A stretch of DNA of 30,989 nt. Source: a virus (Duplodnaviria; Caudoviricetes). Below are positions 1 through 10,491 of this stretch, one piece after another (the stretch's first letter is position 1; every line of letters begins with the position of its first letter). The translations under genes and the position numbers were made by a program. The notes beneath the pieces were generated by a model that worked only from the letters and a program-made list of their open reading frames with translations, had not been told where the DNA came from and ran no database searches. The stretch spans positions 1 through 30,989 of IMG/VR virus record IMGVR_UViG_3300025035_000074. The stretch is one strand, 5' to 3'.

Positions 1-163
1 AATAGACGGAGAATGGCTTGGGCAGCATTGTGTTCACGCCTTCTCTTTCCTATATTACACTTATGGACTGATTTATCAACCATAGCAGTCCCTTTCTATC
101 TTTTTACTTCAAGTGTAGTTGGAGCATACATTGGATTTGCGACCATAGATGACAAATGGAATA
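1..163. repeat. Terminal direct repeat, left copy (circular-assembly overlap or terminal redundancy)
   Basis: 1-163 is identical to 30827-30989 except C37 vs A30863. Confidence 0.97.
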
Positions 164-166
164 AGA

Positions 167-1579
167 ATGAAAACAACCAGGCGTGAATTAGTTAATGAAA
201 GTTGGAGACGGGGAACTATCTCTTGGAAACTGTATAAACACCAGTTGCCTATCTATAATGCTGTATGGAATGCTATTCAGAACAAATCAACTCTTAAATA
301 TGTTATCAACTGCTCACGACGATTTGGGAAGACAACTATCCTTTGTCTTATTGCTATTGAATATGGAATAAGAAACCCAAATACTCAAATACGATTTGCG
401 GCACCAACCGCCAAAAGTCTCAAAAAATCTATTCACCCTATTATGAAGATGTTGATAGCTGATTGCCCACAACATTTAATGCCAATCTATAAAGGGTCTG
501 AAGATATGTTCGGCTTGCCTAATGGTAGTCAAATCCACTTCTCTGGAACTGACAATGGGCACGAGGAAAACTTACGAGGAACAGTATCGCATTTAAACAT
601 CGTGGATGAAGCAGGATCAATGAATAACTTAAACTATATCATTAAATCCATTTTAGTCCCACAGACATTGACTGTTCAGGGAACAACAATCATTGCTTCA
701 ACTCCATCAGTGACCCCAGACCACGACTACTTCTACTTATATAGAGAATGCCTTGAGGATGATTGTGTTAGCGAATTTACCATCTATGATAATAAATCAC
801 TTGACCCAGACACATTGAAGACTTATATGAAGGAAGCCGGAGGAGAAGACTCAACTACATTCAAAAGAGAATACTTGGTTAAATTTGTCACTGACTCAGA
901 ACAATCTATCCTACCTGAATGGAGTGATGACTATGCTGAGGACACAGTCAGAGATGAGTATTTCCCATTCTACCATAAATATGTCTCACTTGACACTGGT
1001 GTAGTTGACTATACGGCAGGTCTATTCGCTTACTATGACTATAAGAACGCAACCATTGTTGTTGAGGACGAATACACCATCAATGGTCCGGAGATGACTA
1101 CTGACATATTAGCAAAAGATATTAGAAATAAAGAACAAGCACTATGGGGAGAATTGAAGGTCAATCGCAGAATCGCAGACAATAACAACCTTATCCTTAT
1201 AGCAGACTTGACGAGATTACATAACTTACCATTTGCTCCAACTAACAAGACGAGTCTTGAAGCAATGGTTAACCAAGTGCGTATTATGATCAATGAAGGA
1301 CGATTGAAGATCAATCCACGATGCGTCCAGACTATTGGGTGTGTAAAGTATGGTATATGGAAGAGGTCCAATGGTAAGAAAGAGTTTGGACGCAGTAAGA
1401 AGTATGGTCACTATGATCACTTAGCGGCATTAGTTTACCTGGTGAGAAATGTTGATATGAATACCAATCCAATCCCAACTTTATACAAGTTAAATAATGA
1501 TACACACTGGATTAACAAAGATTTACTAAATAATAGAACAGCAAACGCTCAGACAATGGGTAAACTATTTGGAAGATAA
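167..1579 (+). CDS. terL: Terminase large subunit
   Basis: Walker A-like SRRFGKT, Walker B LNIVDEAG, coupling motif ASTP, RNase-H-like nuclease half (SLDTG ... HYDHLAALVY). Lies before the portal. The ORF track starts at 149; ATG167 is the likelier start because it reduces overlap with the junction-spanning ORF. Confidence 0.93.
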   Translation: MKTTRRELVNESWRRGTISWKLYKHQLPIYNAVWNAIQNKSTLKYVINCSRRFGKTTILCLIAIEYGIRNPNTQIRFAAPTAKSLKKSIHPIMKMLIADCPQHLMPIYKGSEDMFGLPNGSQIHFSGTDNGHEENLRGTVSHLNIVDEAGSMNNLNYIIKSILVPQTLTVQGTTIIASTPSVTPDHDYFYLYRECLEDDCVSEFTIYDNKSLDPDTLKTYMKEAGGEDSTTFKREYLVKFVTDSEQSILPEWSDDYAEDTVRDEYFPFYHKYVSLDTGVVDYTAGLFAYYDYKNATIVVEDEYTINGPEMTTDILAKDIRNKEQALWGELKVNRRIADNNNLILIADLTRLHNLPFAPTNKTSLEAMVNQVRIMINEGRLKINPRCVQTIGCVKYGIWKRSNGKKEFGRSKKYGHYDHLAALVYLVRNVDMNTNPIPTLYKLNNDTHWINKDLLNNRTANAQTMGKLFGR

Positions 1580-1593
1580 CAAAAGGAAATACT

Positions 1594-3549
1594 ATGACAA
1601 TGACATACTTCGCCAATCAACCACGCGAACAAGCAGTAGGTGAGATTGAAACACTCATCAATGATTACTACAGACACTTACAGACAAAAGGAATTCTACA
1701 ACTATGGGGGAAGAGTTATAACAACTACAACTCAGCAGTAGAGAACGGAGCATCAGTGTATAAAGTTGGTGATCAAAATGAATTGTCTGCGATTAAAGTC
1801 AACCACTATCGCAACTTCATCCAACACTTGATGAATCTGACTATCAATCAACGACCAGCGTTTGAACCACGCGCAACTAACTCTGATGTGAAGAGTCAAA
1901 CACAAACGATCTTGGCACGCGGGCTATTAGATTACTATATGCGTGAGAAACGATTGGAGAAGAACTTACGCACCGCAGTTGAGTTTAGTTTAGTTTATGC
2001 GGAAGGATATGTATCATCTATATGGAATGCTACTGCTGGCAAGGTTTACTCTGTTGATCCAGAGACTCAAATTGAAGTTCACGAAGGTGACATTGAATAT
2101 GAGGCACACGAACCATTTAACATCATTCGCGACACTAACTTAGAAGACTGGGCAAACAATAACTGGGTTGTTATCCGTAAGTTGATGAATAAATATGACC
2201 TTGCGGCGAAGTATCCAGAACTTGGGGATGACATTATCTCTACCTCACCTGATTCTATTTCACAATTTGATTATCGCATTAAACCTACTACTGTATCCAA
2301 CGATAGTTTAATTACAGTATATGAGTTCTACCACAATCGCACAGATGCAGTGCCAGATGGTCGCTTATTGACATTCATCAACAGCAGTATTGTTCTTAAC
2401 GATGGACCATTACCATACAGAAACATTCCACTATTTAGAGTTACTCCTGCTGATTTGATTGGCACCACAAGTGGCTATACTCCAGCATACGACTTATTGG
2501 CTCTACAAGACGGTGTCAACAGCTTATACTCTACTGTATTGACTAACCAGTTATCATTTGGCGTTCAAAATATTATGGCTCCAAAAGGTAATAACTTATC
2601 AGTTACTCAATTAGCAGGTGGACTAAACTTCATAGAATATGACTCACAACTTGGCAAACCAGAAGCACTTAACCTAACTTCAACTCCACCAGAAGTATTC
2701 AACTTCTTACAGATGCTGGAACATACAATGGAAACTATCAGTGGTGTCAATAGTGTTGCTCGTGGCAATCCAGAAGCGTCTTTGAAATCAGGAGCAGCAT
2801 TAGCACTCGTTCAATCAATGTCTATCCAGTTCGCACAACAGTTACAGCACAGTTATGTCCAGTTGTTGGAAGATGTAGGAACATCAACCATCAATATCCT
2901 GCGTGATTATGCAAGCGTCCCTCGTGTCGCAATGATTGCGGGCAAAGGGTCTCGTGGCATTATGCGTGAGTTTACTGGTGAGGATTTAGCACAAGTCAAT
3001 CGTGTTATTGTGGATGCTGGCAATCCAATGACAAGAACAACTGCTGGTAAGGTAGAGTTAGCTCAAATGATGATACAAGCAGGGTTAGTAAAAACCCCAG
3101 ACCAAATGTTACAAGTTATTCAAACTGGTAACCTTGACCCATTGATTGAAGGTCGCACTATTGAGTTACTTGCTATCAAGGCAGAGAATGAGTCATTAGT
3201 TGAAGGATTGCCAGTTTCAGTTATGATTACGGATGAGCATAAACTCCACATTTTAGAGCACAAAGCAACTATCAGTGACCCAGCAGTTAGAGAAGACTCA
3301 ATGGTAGTTCAATCAGTGACAGAACACATTATGGAACACTTTAGATTCTTAAGCGATCCTGCTGTCGCAAGTCTACTTACTCTACTTGGACAAGAGCCTA
3401 TCCAGACAACGCCTCAGCTGGGTGGTGCTCCAGTTCAAGGTGCTAACTTATCTACCTCAACGAATGAACTGGTTCAGCAAATGCAGCCAAATCAACCGTC
3501 AATGCCAACCAACCCGTTGACTAATGAGCAAGCACCATCGCCGGTATAA
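1594..3549 (+). CDS. Portal protein (podovirus/P22-like size)
   Basis: 651 aa between TerL and scaffold; ETISGVNSVARG...SGAAL segment typical of portals; Q/P-rich tail; RBS AAGGA. Confidence 0.85.
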   Translation: MTMTYFANQPREQAVGEIETLINDYYRHLQTKGILQLWGKSYNNYNSAVENGASVYKVGDQNELSAIKVNHYRNFIQHLMNLTINQRPAFEPRATNSDVKSQTQTILARGLLDYYMREKRLEKNLRTAVEFSLVYAEGYVSSIWNATAGKVYSVDPETQIEVHEGDIEYEAHEPFNIIRDTNLEDWANNNWVVIRKLMNKYDLAAKYPELGDDIISTSPDSISQFDYRIKPTTVSNDSLITVYEFYHNRTDAVPDGRLLTFINSSIVLNDGPLPYRNIPLFRVTPADLIGTTSGYTPAYDLLALQDGVNSLYSTVLTNQLSFGVQNIMAPKGNNLSVTQLAGGLNFIEYDSQLGKPEALNLTSTPPEVFNFLQMLEHTMETISGVNSVARGNPEASLKSGAALALVQSMSIQFAQQLQHSYVQLLEDVGTSTINILRDYASVPRVAMIAGKGSRGIMREFTGEDLAQVNRVIVDAGNPMTRTTAGKVELAQMMIQAGLVKTPDQMLQVIQTGNLDPLIEGRTIELLAIKAENESLVEGLPVSVMITDEHKLHILEHKATISDPAVREDSMVVQSVTEHIMEHFRFLSDPAVASLLTLLGQEPIQTTPQLGGAPVQGANLSTSTNELVQQMQPNQPSMPTNPLTNEQAPSPV

Positions 3550-3552
3550 ATA
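3545..3552 (+). promoter_or_regulatory. TATAAATA box (T4 late-promoter consensus) upstream of the scaffold gene
   Basis: Exact TATAAATA overlapping the portal stop, followed by a perfect 9-bp hairpin TGTGATCTT(3556-3564)/AAGATCACA(3577-3585). Confidence 0.6.
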
Positions 3553-3614
3553 CAGTGTGATCTTTACCATAATGATAAGATCACAATACTCTACACATAA
3601 AGCGAGAAATAAAA

Positions 3615-4571
3615 ATGACAACAGAAACATCATCTAGTGCCCCAGCGGCAAGCGTTAGCAGCGTATCATCATCTGCTGATACCTCTTCTTTAACAACAAC
3701 AACTAATACTACTGAATCAACAGAATACAATGCTGACGCAGTGAGCGCAGACATTGCGGCACTTGAAGCATCATTGGCAGATTTGCCAGCAGCAAAAACT
3801 TACAAAGTTAAAATTGATGGTCAAGACATTGAAGTAGATGAAAGTGAATTACTTAAAGGATATCAATCAACTAAATCCGCCCAACAAAGATTCAACGAAG
3901 CTGCTATGATGCGAAAACAAGCAGAGGAGTTTATCAAGATTGCGAAGACAGACCCACGCAAGCTGTTATCACATCCAGATATTGGGATTGATTTAAAAGA
4001 GTTTGCTAACTCAATCTTGCGTGAACAAATTGAAGAGCAAATGTTATCTCCAGAAGAAAAGGAGATGCGTGATACTCGTAAAAAGTTAGCCGAATATGAG
4101 CAAGCACGTAAAGAGCAAGAAGAAAATGCTAAACAAGCAGAAATGGACAAATATACTAAGTTATACGAAGAAGAATATACTTCTAAGATTGTGGGAGCCC
4201 TTGAAACCTCTGGTCTTCCAAAGACTGAGTCTACTGTTAAAAAGATGGCTTCAATGATGTTGTTGGCACTTGAGAACGGACTTGATGTTCAGCCAGCAGA
4301 TGTAGTTGAGTTCGTTCGCAGGGATTATATAGCAGAAGTGAAGAGTTTATTTGGTGCTGCCAATGAAGATATCATTCTATCATTGCTTGGTGACGATATC
4401 ACTAACAAGGTTGTTAAAGGACACTTGAAGAAGAGTAAACCTAAAATGACACCAGTTATGAATAAGATCACAGAGTTGACTAAACCATCAAATGCCTCTA
4501 CTACACCACAACGCAACTTGACTCGTGATGAATGGGCCAAGAGAATCTCAGAACGGGCTAAAGGAGGCTAA
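3615..4571 (+). CDS. Capsid scaffolding protein
   Basis: S/T-rich N-terminus, then KVKIDGQDIEVDESELLKGYQ motif typical of podoviral scaffolds, then a charged coiled coil; lies between portal and capsid. Confidence 0.82.
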   Translation: MTTETSSSAPAASVSSVSSSADTSSLTTTTNTTESTEYNADAVSADIAALEASLADLPAAKTYKVKIDGQDIEVDESELLKGYQSTKSAQQRFNEAAMMRKQAEEFIKIAKTDPRKLLSHPDIGIDLKEFANSILREQIEEQMLSPEEKEMRDTRKKLAEYEQARKEQEENAKQAEMDKYTKLYEEEYTSKIVGALETSGLPKTESTVKKMASMMLLALENGLDVQPADVVEFVRRDYIAEVKSLFGAANEDIILSLLGDDITNKVVKGHLKKSKPKMTPVMNKITELTKPSNASTTPQRNLTRDEWAKRISERAKGG

Positions 4572-4584
4572 ATTTATTCAATTG

Positions 4585-4592
4585 TATAAATA
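4585..4592 (+). promoter_or_regulatory. TATAAATA box upstream of the major capsid gene
   Basis: Exact T4-late consensus in the intergenic gap, followed by a 150-nt leader that can fold. Confidence 0.62.
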
Positions 4593-4742
4593 AGGATAAC
4601 ACAGTGACGCTAACGGCTATCACTTAGTTACTTTGTGAAGTATTGTATTAGGACCCAAGTGGCACCCTTTAATATAAGACTAATTAGGATTAGCGAGACA
4701 GAATTTAAAATTGCCAAATTATTACATTAAAGGAGAAATATA

Positions 4743-5999
4743 ATGGCTACTACTACAGATTTAACAGGTTTATTTAAAGAGGTTTACGGTCAAGAAGTTG
4801 TAAACTTAGTTCCAGAAAGTGCGTTGCTTGTAAAGGAAGTCCCTTTTACAACTCGCGACAAGCAGTTGGGTAACAAATATCACCAGCCAGTTATTGTTCA
4901 AATGGAACACGGCATTACCTATGCTGGTGCTGATGCTGGTGCGTTTGCTTTAAACAACGCAATTTCAATGAAGACACAAGACGCACAAGTTCAAGGTGCT
5001 CAAATGGTATTGCGTTCAACTTTGGATTACGAAAGTGCTGCTCGTGCTTCTGGTTCTAAGTCTGCGTTTATGGACGCAACTCAATTACAAGTTGAAAACA
5101 TGATTCAATCGTTGACAAAGCGTTTAGAATTGTCGTTGCTTTATGGCGCAGGCCCAACAGGTCTTGGAACCGTAGATGACACAACAAACGCAAACGCAAC
5201 AACAACAGTGTTGACATTCAGTGCTGCTGGTTGGGCTGCTGGTATCTGGGCAGGAACTGAAAATGCTCAAATTGATATCTTCAAGGTTGCTGATGGCGCT
5301 AAAGTCAACACTAATGGTGCTTTGACTATTGGTTCAATTGACACGTCTGCTCGCACAATCACCGTAACTGGTATTGCTGCTGACATCACTGCTATTGATA
5401 CCTACTCTCCAACTGATATGTTCGTTCGCTTCTTTGGTGCTAACGGTAACGAAATGGCTGGTTTGGACAAGATCCTTACTAACACTGGTGTGTTGTTTGG
5501 CATTGACGGTGGCGTTTACAATCTTTGGAAAGGTTCTACTTACGCTGTTGGTGGTGCGATCAGCTTCTCTGCTTTACAGACAGCAGTAGCAGTGGCAGTT
5601 GAGCGTGGTGGATTGGACGAAGATGTAAATGTATATTTGAATCCAAAGAAATGGGGTGTATTGTTAAATGACCAGGCTGCATTACGCAAGTATGACCAGT
5701 CTTACACAGCATCGTCTGTAGAAAATGGTTCTAAGACAATCGTATTCCACAGCCAGAACGGCACATTGCGTATTCACGCTCACCCATATGTTAAAGAAGG
5801 TGAAGCATTCGTGTTGCCAACTAAGCGTATCAAGCGTATTGGTGCTCAAGACATTTCGTTTGAAATCCCAGGCAGCAAAACTGGTGAGATCTTCCGTCAG
5901 TTGGAAAACAGCGCAGGCTTTGAATATCGCTTATACAGCAACCAGGCTATTGTATCTGAAACACCAGCAAAAATGGTGAAATTGACTGGCATTTCCTAA
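4743..5999 (+). CDS. Major capsid protein
   Basis: 418 aa after the scaffold; strong RBS AAAGGAG; LFKEVY N-terminus and KLTGI C-terminus typical of HK97-fold capsids; strong terminator follows. Confidence 0.85.
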   Translation: MATTTDLTGLFKEVYGQEVVNLVPESALLVKEVPFTTRDKQLGNKYHQPVIVQMEHGITYAGADAGAFALNNAISMKTQDAQVQGAQMVLRSTLDYESAARASGSKSAFMDATQLQVENMIQSLTKRLELSLLYGAGPTGLGTVDDTTNANATTTVLTFSAAGWAAGIWAGTENAQIDIFKVADGAKVNTNGALTIGSIDTSARTITVTGIAADITAIDTYSPTDMFVRFFGANGNEMAGLDKILTNTGVLFGIDGGVYNLWKGSTYAVGGAISFSALQTAVAVAVERGGLDEDVNVYLNPKKWGVLLNDQAALRKYDQSYTASSVENGSKTIVFHSQNGTLRIHAHPYVKEGEAFVLPTKRIKRIGAQDISFEIPGSKTGEIFRQLENSAGFEYRLYSNQAIVSETPAKMVKLTGIS

Positions 6000-6022
6000 G
6001 CAATAGGTAGTGTAGGTTATTA

Positions 6023-6059
6023 AAAGCCCCACAGTGAGCAATCATAGTGGGGCTTTATT
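6023..6059 (+). terminator. Rho-independent terminator after the capsid gene
   Basis: AAAGCCCCAC(6023-6032)/GTGGGGCTTT(6047-6056) stem with inner TGA-GCAA-TCA, then TTTATT. Confidence 0.85.
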
Positions 6060-6098
6060 GCTTTAATAATAAATAAGAGTATAAAAGGAAACAACTCT

Positions 6099-8117
6099 AT
6101 GACAATCGCACTAATAGTAAATGGTTCAACATACCAGTATCCAGAAAATGGTGATGTAAGTTGGGGCACACAAGCCACTAACTGGGCAGCAGCCATTACA
6201 AACTCAACATTACAGCCAACAGGTGGCACCTTCACACTCACTAATGATGTGAACTTTGGCATCAACTATGGTGTTCAAAGCAAATATTATAAATCAATCT
6301 CTACAAATGTGTCAGGATCAGGTATTGTTCGCCTATCTAATACTGATACCATCGCTTGGAGAAATGGCGCAAACACGGCTGACCTACCATTAACAGTTGT
6401 TTCAGATAACTTACGGTTTAATAACGCAGAGTTCGTAACTACTGCTGGCAGTCAAGCACTATCAAACAAAACTTATGCTGGAACATCACTGACATTATCT
6501 GGTGGCACTGCGCTTACCACAACAAATCACACTGGAACTGGTAGTTTAGTATTGGCAACGGCTCCAACCATCTTAAACGCTTCATTGACAACCCCAACAA
6601 TCACAAGCGCAACAATGATTACACCGTCTATTGGGGTAGCAACAGGAACTTCACTGAATGTTTCAGGGTCAGTCACTGCTAACAGTTTAGTATTAGGTGG
6701 TGGAACTGCGCTTACCACAACAAATCATACTGGAACTGGTAGTTTAGTATTAGCAACATCTCCAACGATTACAACTGCTACACTATCTTCGCCAACAATG
6801 ACCACTCCTGTCCTTGGAGTTGCCACTGCTACGTCAATCAATAAAGTAACAATCACTGCGCCAACATCAAGTGCTACACTAACGATCGCAAATGGCGGAA
6901 GTCTTACTACAACTGGTGCGCACAGCATTACATTATCATCTACTGGTCTAACTTCTATTACTCTACCAACATCTGGAACACTATCTACAGTGGCAGGAAC
7001 TGAAACACTCTCTAATAAAACATTTACCCAACTTTATACAGCAGATAACACAGCAAAAATGTTACAACCAGATGATTTTATCTCAGATACAATCGTTTAT
7101 GGATTAATACCACCTGTTTCTGGAACACTATCGTCAACACATCCGGATGGAGTGGGTTATGTTGCTGGCGTTCGTGTTATAATAGATCCAAAGCCAAAAA
7201 CTTATACAGCATCTCGTGACACTTATGTGGATGTTACTCCAACTGGGAGTTATGTTTATACGGCAGTGACACTTGGAGCAGCCGCCCCTGCGATCACATC
7301 ACCTAATATGCGCATCTGTAAGGTGGTGACAGATGGGACAACAGTATCAAGTGTTGTGGTGCTAAAGGGAGCAGCAACAAACTTTGGGTTTAATGCTGGT
7401 GGAAATATTACAACTGGATATAATAACGTCAACTATGGTGAAAATGCAGGTGCGTCTATTACAACTGGGTATGAGAATGCTAACTTCGGGTTTAATGCTG
7501 GTGAAAGTATTACTGATGGATTCACTAATGTAAACTTTGGACCATATGCTGGGAATACAATAATTAGCGGATATGAGAACATCAACATTGGTGCGTATGC
7601 TGGTCAGAATACAACATTTGGCTACGAGAATGTATGTATTGGTCCAGAAGCAGGAGCAAGCATTACCTCTGGTGATACAAATGTCTGTATTGGCTATCAA
7701 TCAGGTGTAACTGCTACTCCTGCTAATGCTACCACGACTGGTGGAAATAATGTGTTTATTGGTGTATTAACTGGATCAAGTGTTCCTACACAACTATACG
7801 GAGGTATTGCGATTGGATACGGCGCAACAGTAAGCCGTTCAGGTGAATATGTTATTGGAACACTTGGAACCATTCAGCAAATCCCAGAAGGTGAGGATGC
7901 TGCGATGGGGATCGCAACTCTGGTGGCTGGAACAGTCACAGTAATTAATGGTTTAACCCGTGCCAATAGTCGTATATTTCTTACCACTAATGTCCCGGGT
8001 GGCACAGTAGGAACACCTTACATTTCTGATATAAGTGCCGGAACATCATTTACTATCACTTCTACTTCAGGTGCTGATACTTCGCAAGTTGCTTGGCACA
8101 TCATTAACCCACAATAA
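6099..8117 (+). CDS. Fibre protein (head or tail fibre) with YadA-like G-x-x-AG repeats
   Basis: T/S/G-rich shaft with a duplicated segment GGTALTTTNHTGTGSLVLAT (DNA repeat at 6501 and 6699); ~17-aa repeats such as NFGFNAGGNITTGYNN; beta-rich C-terminal knob; AATAAATA at 6068-6075 upstream. Confidence 0.7.
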   Translation: MTIALIVNGSTYQYPENGDVSWGTQATNWAAAITNSTLQPTGGTFTLTNDVNFGINYGVQSKYYKSISTNVSGSGIVRLSNTDTIAWRNGANTADLPLTVVSDNLRFNNAEFVTTAGSQALSNKTYAGTSLTLSGGTALTTTNHTGTGSLVLATAPTILNASLTTPTITSATMITPSIGVATGTSLNVSGSVTANSLVLGGGTALTTTNHTGTGSLVLATSPTITTATLSSPTMTTPVLGVATATSINKVTITAPTSSATLTIANGGSLTTTGAHSITLSSTGLTSITLPTSGTLSTVAGTETLSNKTFTQLYTADNTAKMLQPDDFISDTIVYGLIPPVSGTLSSTHPDGVGYVAGVRVIIDPKPKTYTASRDTYVDVTPTGSYVYTAVTLGAAAPAITSPNMRICKVVTDGTTVSSVVVLKGAATNFGFNAGGNITTGYNNVNYGENAGASITTGYENANFGFNAGESITDGFTNVNFGPYAGNTIISGYENINIGAYAGQNTTFGYENVCIGPEAGASITSGDTNVCIGYQSGVTATPANATTTGGNNVFIGVLTGSSVPTQLYGGIAIGYGATVSRSGEYVIGTLGTIQQIPEGEDAAMGIATLVAGTVTVINGLTRANSRIFLTTNVPGGTVGTPYISDISAGTSFTITSTSGADTSQVAWHIINPQ

Positions 8118-8121
8118 TATT

Positions 8122-10467
8122 ATGAGTATACCATTAGTTGTTGACAATGTAACTTATAACTATCCCACAGATAATGATTTGGACTGGGGATATCAAGCAT
8201 CTGAGTGGGCTGCCGCGATCACTGATAGTGTAGTGAGTGGTGGTGGGTCAGGTGGACTATCTGGATTAAACTCTATTGCTGACTTACGAGCATTAGTCAG
8301 GACAATACAAACCCGTGTATCTGTAATAAGTTACTATGGTGATAATAATGGAGGTGGTGGAGTATTTTATTATGTTGACCCAGTAGAGGGAGTATCACAC
8401 ATTGACGATGCTGGTGTCACTATCGTCGCTAACGACGGGACAGTGTGGAAGCGTGCTAATGTTGATACAATAAATGTAAAATGGTTTGGTGCTCGTGGTA
8501 ATGGAACCGGGGATGATGCACCTACTATGCAGGCAGCATTGGACTATGCGGGTCAGGTGGCACTATCTCGTGGTAACGCATCAGTTTATATTCCTGCCGG
8601 GGTATACCCTGTTTTCGCATCAGTAGATAACTATTTATGGTTGTATGCTCGTCCAAATAGAACTAACTATGCGGCATTATTTGTTGATAGTAATGTAACA
8701 GTATTTGGCGATGGCTGGGGGTCTAAAATAAAGTTGATGAGCACTCCATCAAGCCCAGGAACAACTGATGGCCGTGGTGATTATGCTACAACTCACATAT
8801 TAGCCAATAGAGGTGCGGTTGGATTACCATCAAAGATTGTTGACTACAACATATATGTGCACGATTTAGGTTTTGATGGAAACTTGATACATGAAAGTGG
8901 TGAGTGTGTTACACTGTGTGCTGTATCACAGTTCGCAATCACTAACTGTTTCTTTGAGAACACCTTCTTTGAGTGTTCATATATGGTGTATTCACGAAAC
9001 GGGTTATGGATGAACAATCACTCCCATAAATGCGGTTTGCCACCAACAGAAATATTGAATGACGGCGGCGGACCAATGCTTGATACATGCTCACATGTTA
9101 TTATCACTAACAACACAATGGTTGATATTGGATACTATGCAGTATTAGTTATTGACAGTTGGGATTGCTCTGTTAGTAATAATATTGTTAAAGAGCAAGA
9201 TTATCCAAGTAGTGCTGGATATCAGGCTATCCGTGTTCAAGGTGGATTTAGACTGATTGTAGAGAATAATAAGATTTGGAGAGCAGGATATAATGGTATT
9301 TGGGTCAACAATAGCAATAACTGTATCATTAGAAACAATGTCACTATCCAATGTGGGTTTGGGTCTGGTGGTGGTAACCAAATCGCTGGCATTCAAGTAG
9401 AAGCAGATAAAGGAAAACCAAATGGTGGTCACCTCATTGATGGAAACTACTCTGCATTAAACAAAGGTGGTGGGATATCCTGTGTTGATGCATATACACA
9501 GAATGATATAATACAATATCAAAGTGGGCATACCATCACTAACAATACATGTGTCTATAATGGCAGAGATGGTATTGCAGTGTATGGTGAAAATCATAGA
9601 TTGACCAATAATGTTTGCTCCAGCAATGGCACTGATGTTACTGACGGAGTAGTTGGCAATGGTTACTCTGGTATCTCACTCGCAGGTGCAAAATATTGCT
9701 TAGTTAGTGGGAATACTTGTTTGGATTGGATTGTAACTAACCCAGCACCTATGAACTTGGACGCTTGGGTGGGGGAATCAAAGAATACATTCGCACCCGT
9801 ATATATAACTCACCCAGTGAAAACACAAAACTATGGGATATATGAAGGGATTGGATTCTTAGGTGAGTTACAGGTAAACACCACAGTTATTAAATCATTA
9901 TTACAACCTGACCCAGGTGGTTATTGGCAGTGGAAGATAGAAGAATATGGTCCTCCACCAGCAATCTACAAATCTGGTGTTGTAAGATACACAGCCATTA
10001 TCAACTTTGAGGGGCAATGGGTAGATTTGTATGGTGATGTCATTGCAGAACTTAGTAATGATTACTATACTGTAGCAAGCGATACACATTGGGAAGAGAT
10101 AATGTTAGCATCAATGAGTGTATATACTGTAGATGGGTCGCCACATAACTTATTGGCTGGCTCTACTGTTCTACTATCAGATAGGAGAGATACCGAAGGT
10201 GTGCTATTATCTGGTTTATATACAGTATTGGAAGTGACTAGTGCATCCTCGTTCATTGTAAATCTTGAAGGTTACTACCCACAACCCAAAGACGGGGACT
10301 ATACAGGAGAGTTATGGATAAGTGAAACGATTGTGCCAGCAGATTACAATATCATAACTGGAAACAATGTGCGAGATAACATGGCAGTATCCGGAATAGG
10401 ACACTATCAAAGTAGTTTTTTTACATCCGGTGTAAACTCAACAATACACACAAATATTGGTCAATAA
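8122..10467 (+). CDS. Tailspike-like pectin-lyase-fold (parallel beta-helix) protein, putative depolymerase
   Basis: GGGVFYY...DDAG...GTVWKR, then INVKWFGARGNGTGDDAPTMQAALD...VYIPAGVY (pectate_lyase_3-type start), then N-rich beta-helix repeats. True start is probably ATG8122 (MSIPLVV), not 8035. Confidence 0.8.
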   Translation: MSIPLVVDNVTYNYPTDNDLDWGYQASEWAAAITDSVVSGGGSGGLSGLNSIADLRALVRTIQTRVSVISYYGDNNGGGGVFYYVDPVEGVSHIDDAGVTIVANDGTVWKRANVDTINVKWFGARGNGTGDDAPTMQAALDYAGQVALSRGNASVYIPAGVYPVFASVDNYLWLYARPNRTNYAALFVDSNVTVFGDGWGSKIKLMSTPSSPGTTDGRGDYATTHILANRGAVGLPSKIVDYNIYVHDLGFDGNLIHESGECVTLCAVSQFAITNCFFENTFFECSYMVYSRNGLWMNNHSHKCGLPPTEILNDGGGPMLDTCSHVIITNNTMVDIGYYAVLVIDSWDCSVSNNIVKEQDYPSSAGYQAIRVQGGFRLIVENNKIWRAGYNGIWVNNSNNCIIRNNVTIQCGFGSGGGNQIAGIQVEADKGKPNGGHLIDGNYSALNKGGGISCVDAYTQNDIIQYQSGHTITNNTCVYNGRDGIAVYGENHRLTNNVCSSNGTDVTDGVVGNGYSGISLAGAKYCLVSGNTCLDWIVTNPAPMNLDAWVGESKNTFAPVYITHPVKTQNYGIYEGIGFLGELQVNTTVIKSLLQPDPGGYWQWKIEEYGPPPAIYKSGVVRYTAIINFEGQWVDLYGDVIAELSNDYYTVASDTHWEEIMLASMSVYTVDGSPHNLLAGSTVLLSDRRDTEGVLLSGLYTVLEVTSASSFIVNLEGYYPQPKDGDYTGELWISETIVPADYNIITGNNVRDNMAVSGIGHYQSSFFTSGVNSTIHTNIGQ

Positions 10468-10491
10468 TAAATAAACGAAATGGAGGATATT

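Noticed and set aside
1-163. Biological fixed terminal repeat (T7-like DTR)
   Set aside because: It cannot be told apart from assembler overlap, and it falls mid-gene; read-end data are needed.
8035-8121. N-terminal extensions in the ORF track (8035, also 29841, 10480, 17687, 149)
   Set aside because: They overlap upstream genes or lack an RBS; downstream ATGs have better RBS or paralog support.
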